Program-made: the position numbers and the translations under genes
Assembly (NCBI RefSeq): GCF_006345805.1
Contig: NC_042997.1
Coordinates: 32,488,001 to 32,552,000 of the forward strand
Length of the DNA: 64,000 bases
Direction: 5' to 3'
Origin: Octopus sinensis
Lineage: Eukaryota
The notes under the pieces: generated by a model
What the model saw: the letters and a program-made list of their open reading frames with translations, nothing else
The model's database searches: none
What the model was told of the DNA's origin: nothing
Shown: positions 62,641 to 64,000 of the stretch, piece by piece
Layout: every line of letters starts with the position of its first letter
How positions within the stretch are numbered: the first letter of the stretch is position 1

Positions 62641-63984
62641 TCATTCAGCATTCTGAGAAGTAGTTTTGGTGGAAGTTGATGGTCCCTGTGAAATGTTGAG
62701 TGACTCTGTCATAGAATAAGAATCTAGTGTTTCTTTAAAACTTGATTTGAGAACATCTGCTTGGTTTTCATGAGATGATGCTGGAAGATCTTGATTTGTT
62801 ACTACCGCAGGTGCAAACTCTGTCTCGCAGAACACATCTTGGTTAAAGGGATAATTTCCTGTTCGTTGAAACCCAGAGATAATGTTTTGAGCAGCAAGGC
62901 CATGTATCTGAGCATGTGAAACAAGCTCAGGAATGTCATATATTGTAGTCGACTTACCAGGGTGGGAATGCACCCAATTATCAACTGCTCAACTATATGC
63001 TGTCTTGAATGGCTTATAGCAGCTCCCATTCAACAGTCAGAGCTTGTGGCTTGTGCGAGGTGGGATTGTGAATAATATCACTCCATTTTTCTTGGCCAAG
63101 TCAATAGTTTTGTGATTGTCCAAAATTAACAACACTTTCTTCTCATTGCTGTACCTGGTGTAAGCTGTAAAGTGTTTTAAATAAGTCACAAACAGATCTT
63201 CATTAATCCATCCACTGGAATTGGCTCCTTCGACACAGCCTGCAGGACCACTTTTGATAAAATAATCCCTATAGTTTTCCCATGGGAAGGTCAGCAGTGG
63301 TGGAACAACACTTCCTGCTGCATTAACTGCATACACAACTGTTACAAGTTGTCCTCTCTTGCTGGAAGTTAAAGGTCCTACTTGTTTCATTCTCTGTGCA
63401 GCAATGATATTTTCAGGTTGCTGCATAGTTGCGCACCCAGTTTCATCTACGTTATAAATGTCATGGCATCCAAATTTGTGCAAGTCCATAACACTCTTTA
63501 AGTCATCATAAAACTTTCCAACGTTATAGCAATTGAACGCACTTGCTCTAGCAAGGAATGTAGCCTCTGGTGTTTGAATTACTAGATGGTTTCTTTTTCT
63601 AAAGGATATCCAAAGATGCTTGCCAGTCATTCTGTTTTGTTGCCAAGAATCAAAGACCATAACATTGTTTCTTAATGGATATTCCACTATCAACTTACAG
63701 AATTTATTTCATGTGAGTCTGTGGAACTGCTTGGCTAATGTATTTATGTGAGTCAATAACTCAGCTTCCATCTCTGATGAAAATGTCTTATTTTTTATCC
63801 TGCAATTTTTGAACCCAAGCACTTTGTTTTGCTCGTCATTTTGTTGATTGCATTTGTCTATATATATTTTTAGTGTCATTCTTGCTATACTGAAATCTTT
63901 AGCTGCAGCACGGATACTGCATCCTTCCCTGATGCGATCTCTGGCCCTACTTACATCATCTTCTGTAGCCTCACGATTGTTCAT
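62641..63984 (-). mobile_element. pogo/Tigger-like DDE transposase, pseudogenised (element continues past the window end)
   Basis: HTH region SIRAAAKDFSIARMTL; CENP-B-like TPEATFLARASAFN; catalytic YNVDETG, RGQLVTV, SGWINEDLF, LLILDNH (short deletion), IPPRTSHKL* (QPLD motif destroyed); frameshifts and stops. Confidence 0.88.
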
Positions 63985-64000
63985 CTGGACATATTTCCAA

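Overview
AT-rich, microsatellite-saturated eukaryotic DNA whose SINE/LINE families look like octopus (cephalopod) genomic sequence. The organism is inferred from repeat recognition, not from a search. The window is non-coding (intronic or intergenic). No intact host protein-coding gene can be supported, and almost all ORF-track entries are translations of (TA)n/(CA)n/(TG)n arrays or transposon debris. Transposon fragments seen: three tRNA-derived SINE families; CR1-clade, RTE-clade and RLE-type (R4/HERO-like) LINE fragments; Penelope-like element (PLE) fragments including a GIY-YIG remnant; a complete non-autonomous Helitron; a TTAA piggyBac-type MITE; and mariner, pogo/Tigger-like and Ty3/gypsy integrase fragments. 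There are also several local duplications. The most interesting layer is a set of type I hammerhead-ribozyme (HHR) motifs in PLE-like repeats: a near-canonical one at 49929-49978 (-), a mirror pair inside a ~324 bp palindrome (31791-32114), two variants with long stem II inserts, and a tRNA-promoter-headed element ending in an HHR half-core (30591-30777). Other points are a covarying stem-loop shared by a CR1 LINE tail and a SINE tail, and a weak candidate spliced minus-strand gene or pseudogene at about 10456-11862. All alignments and folds were done by eye. Boundaries are approximate unless stated, and no identities were computed.
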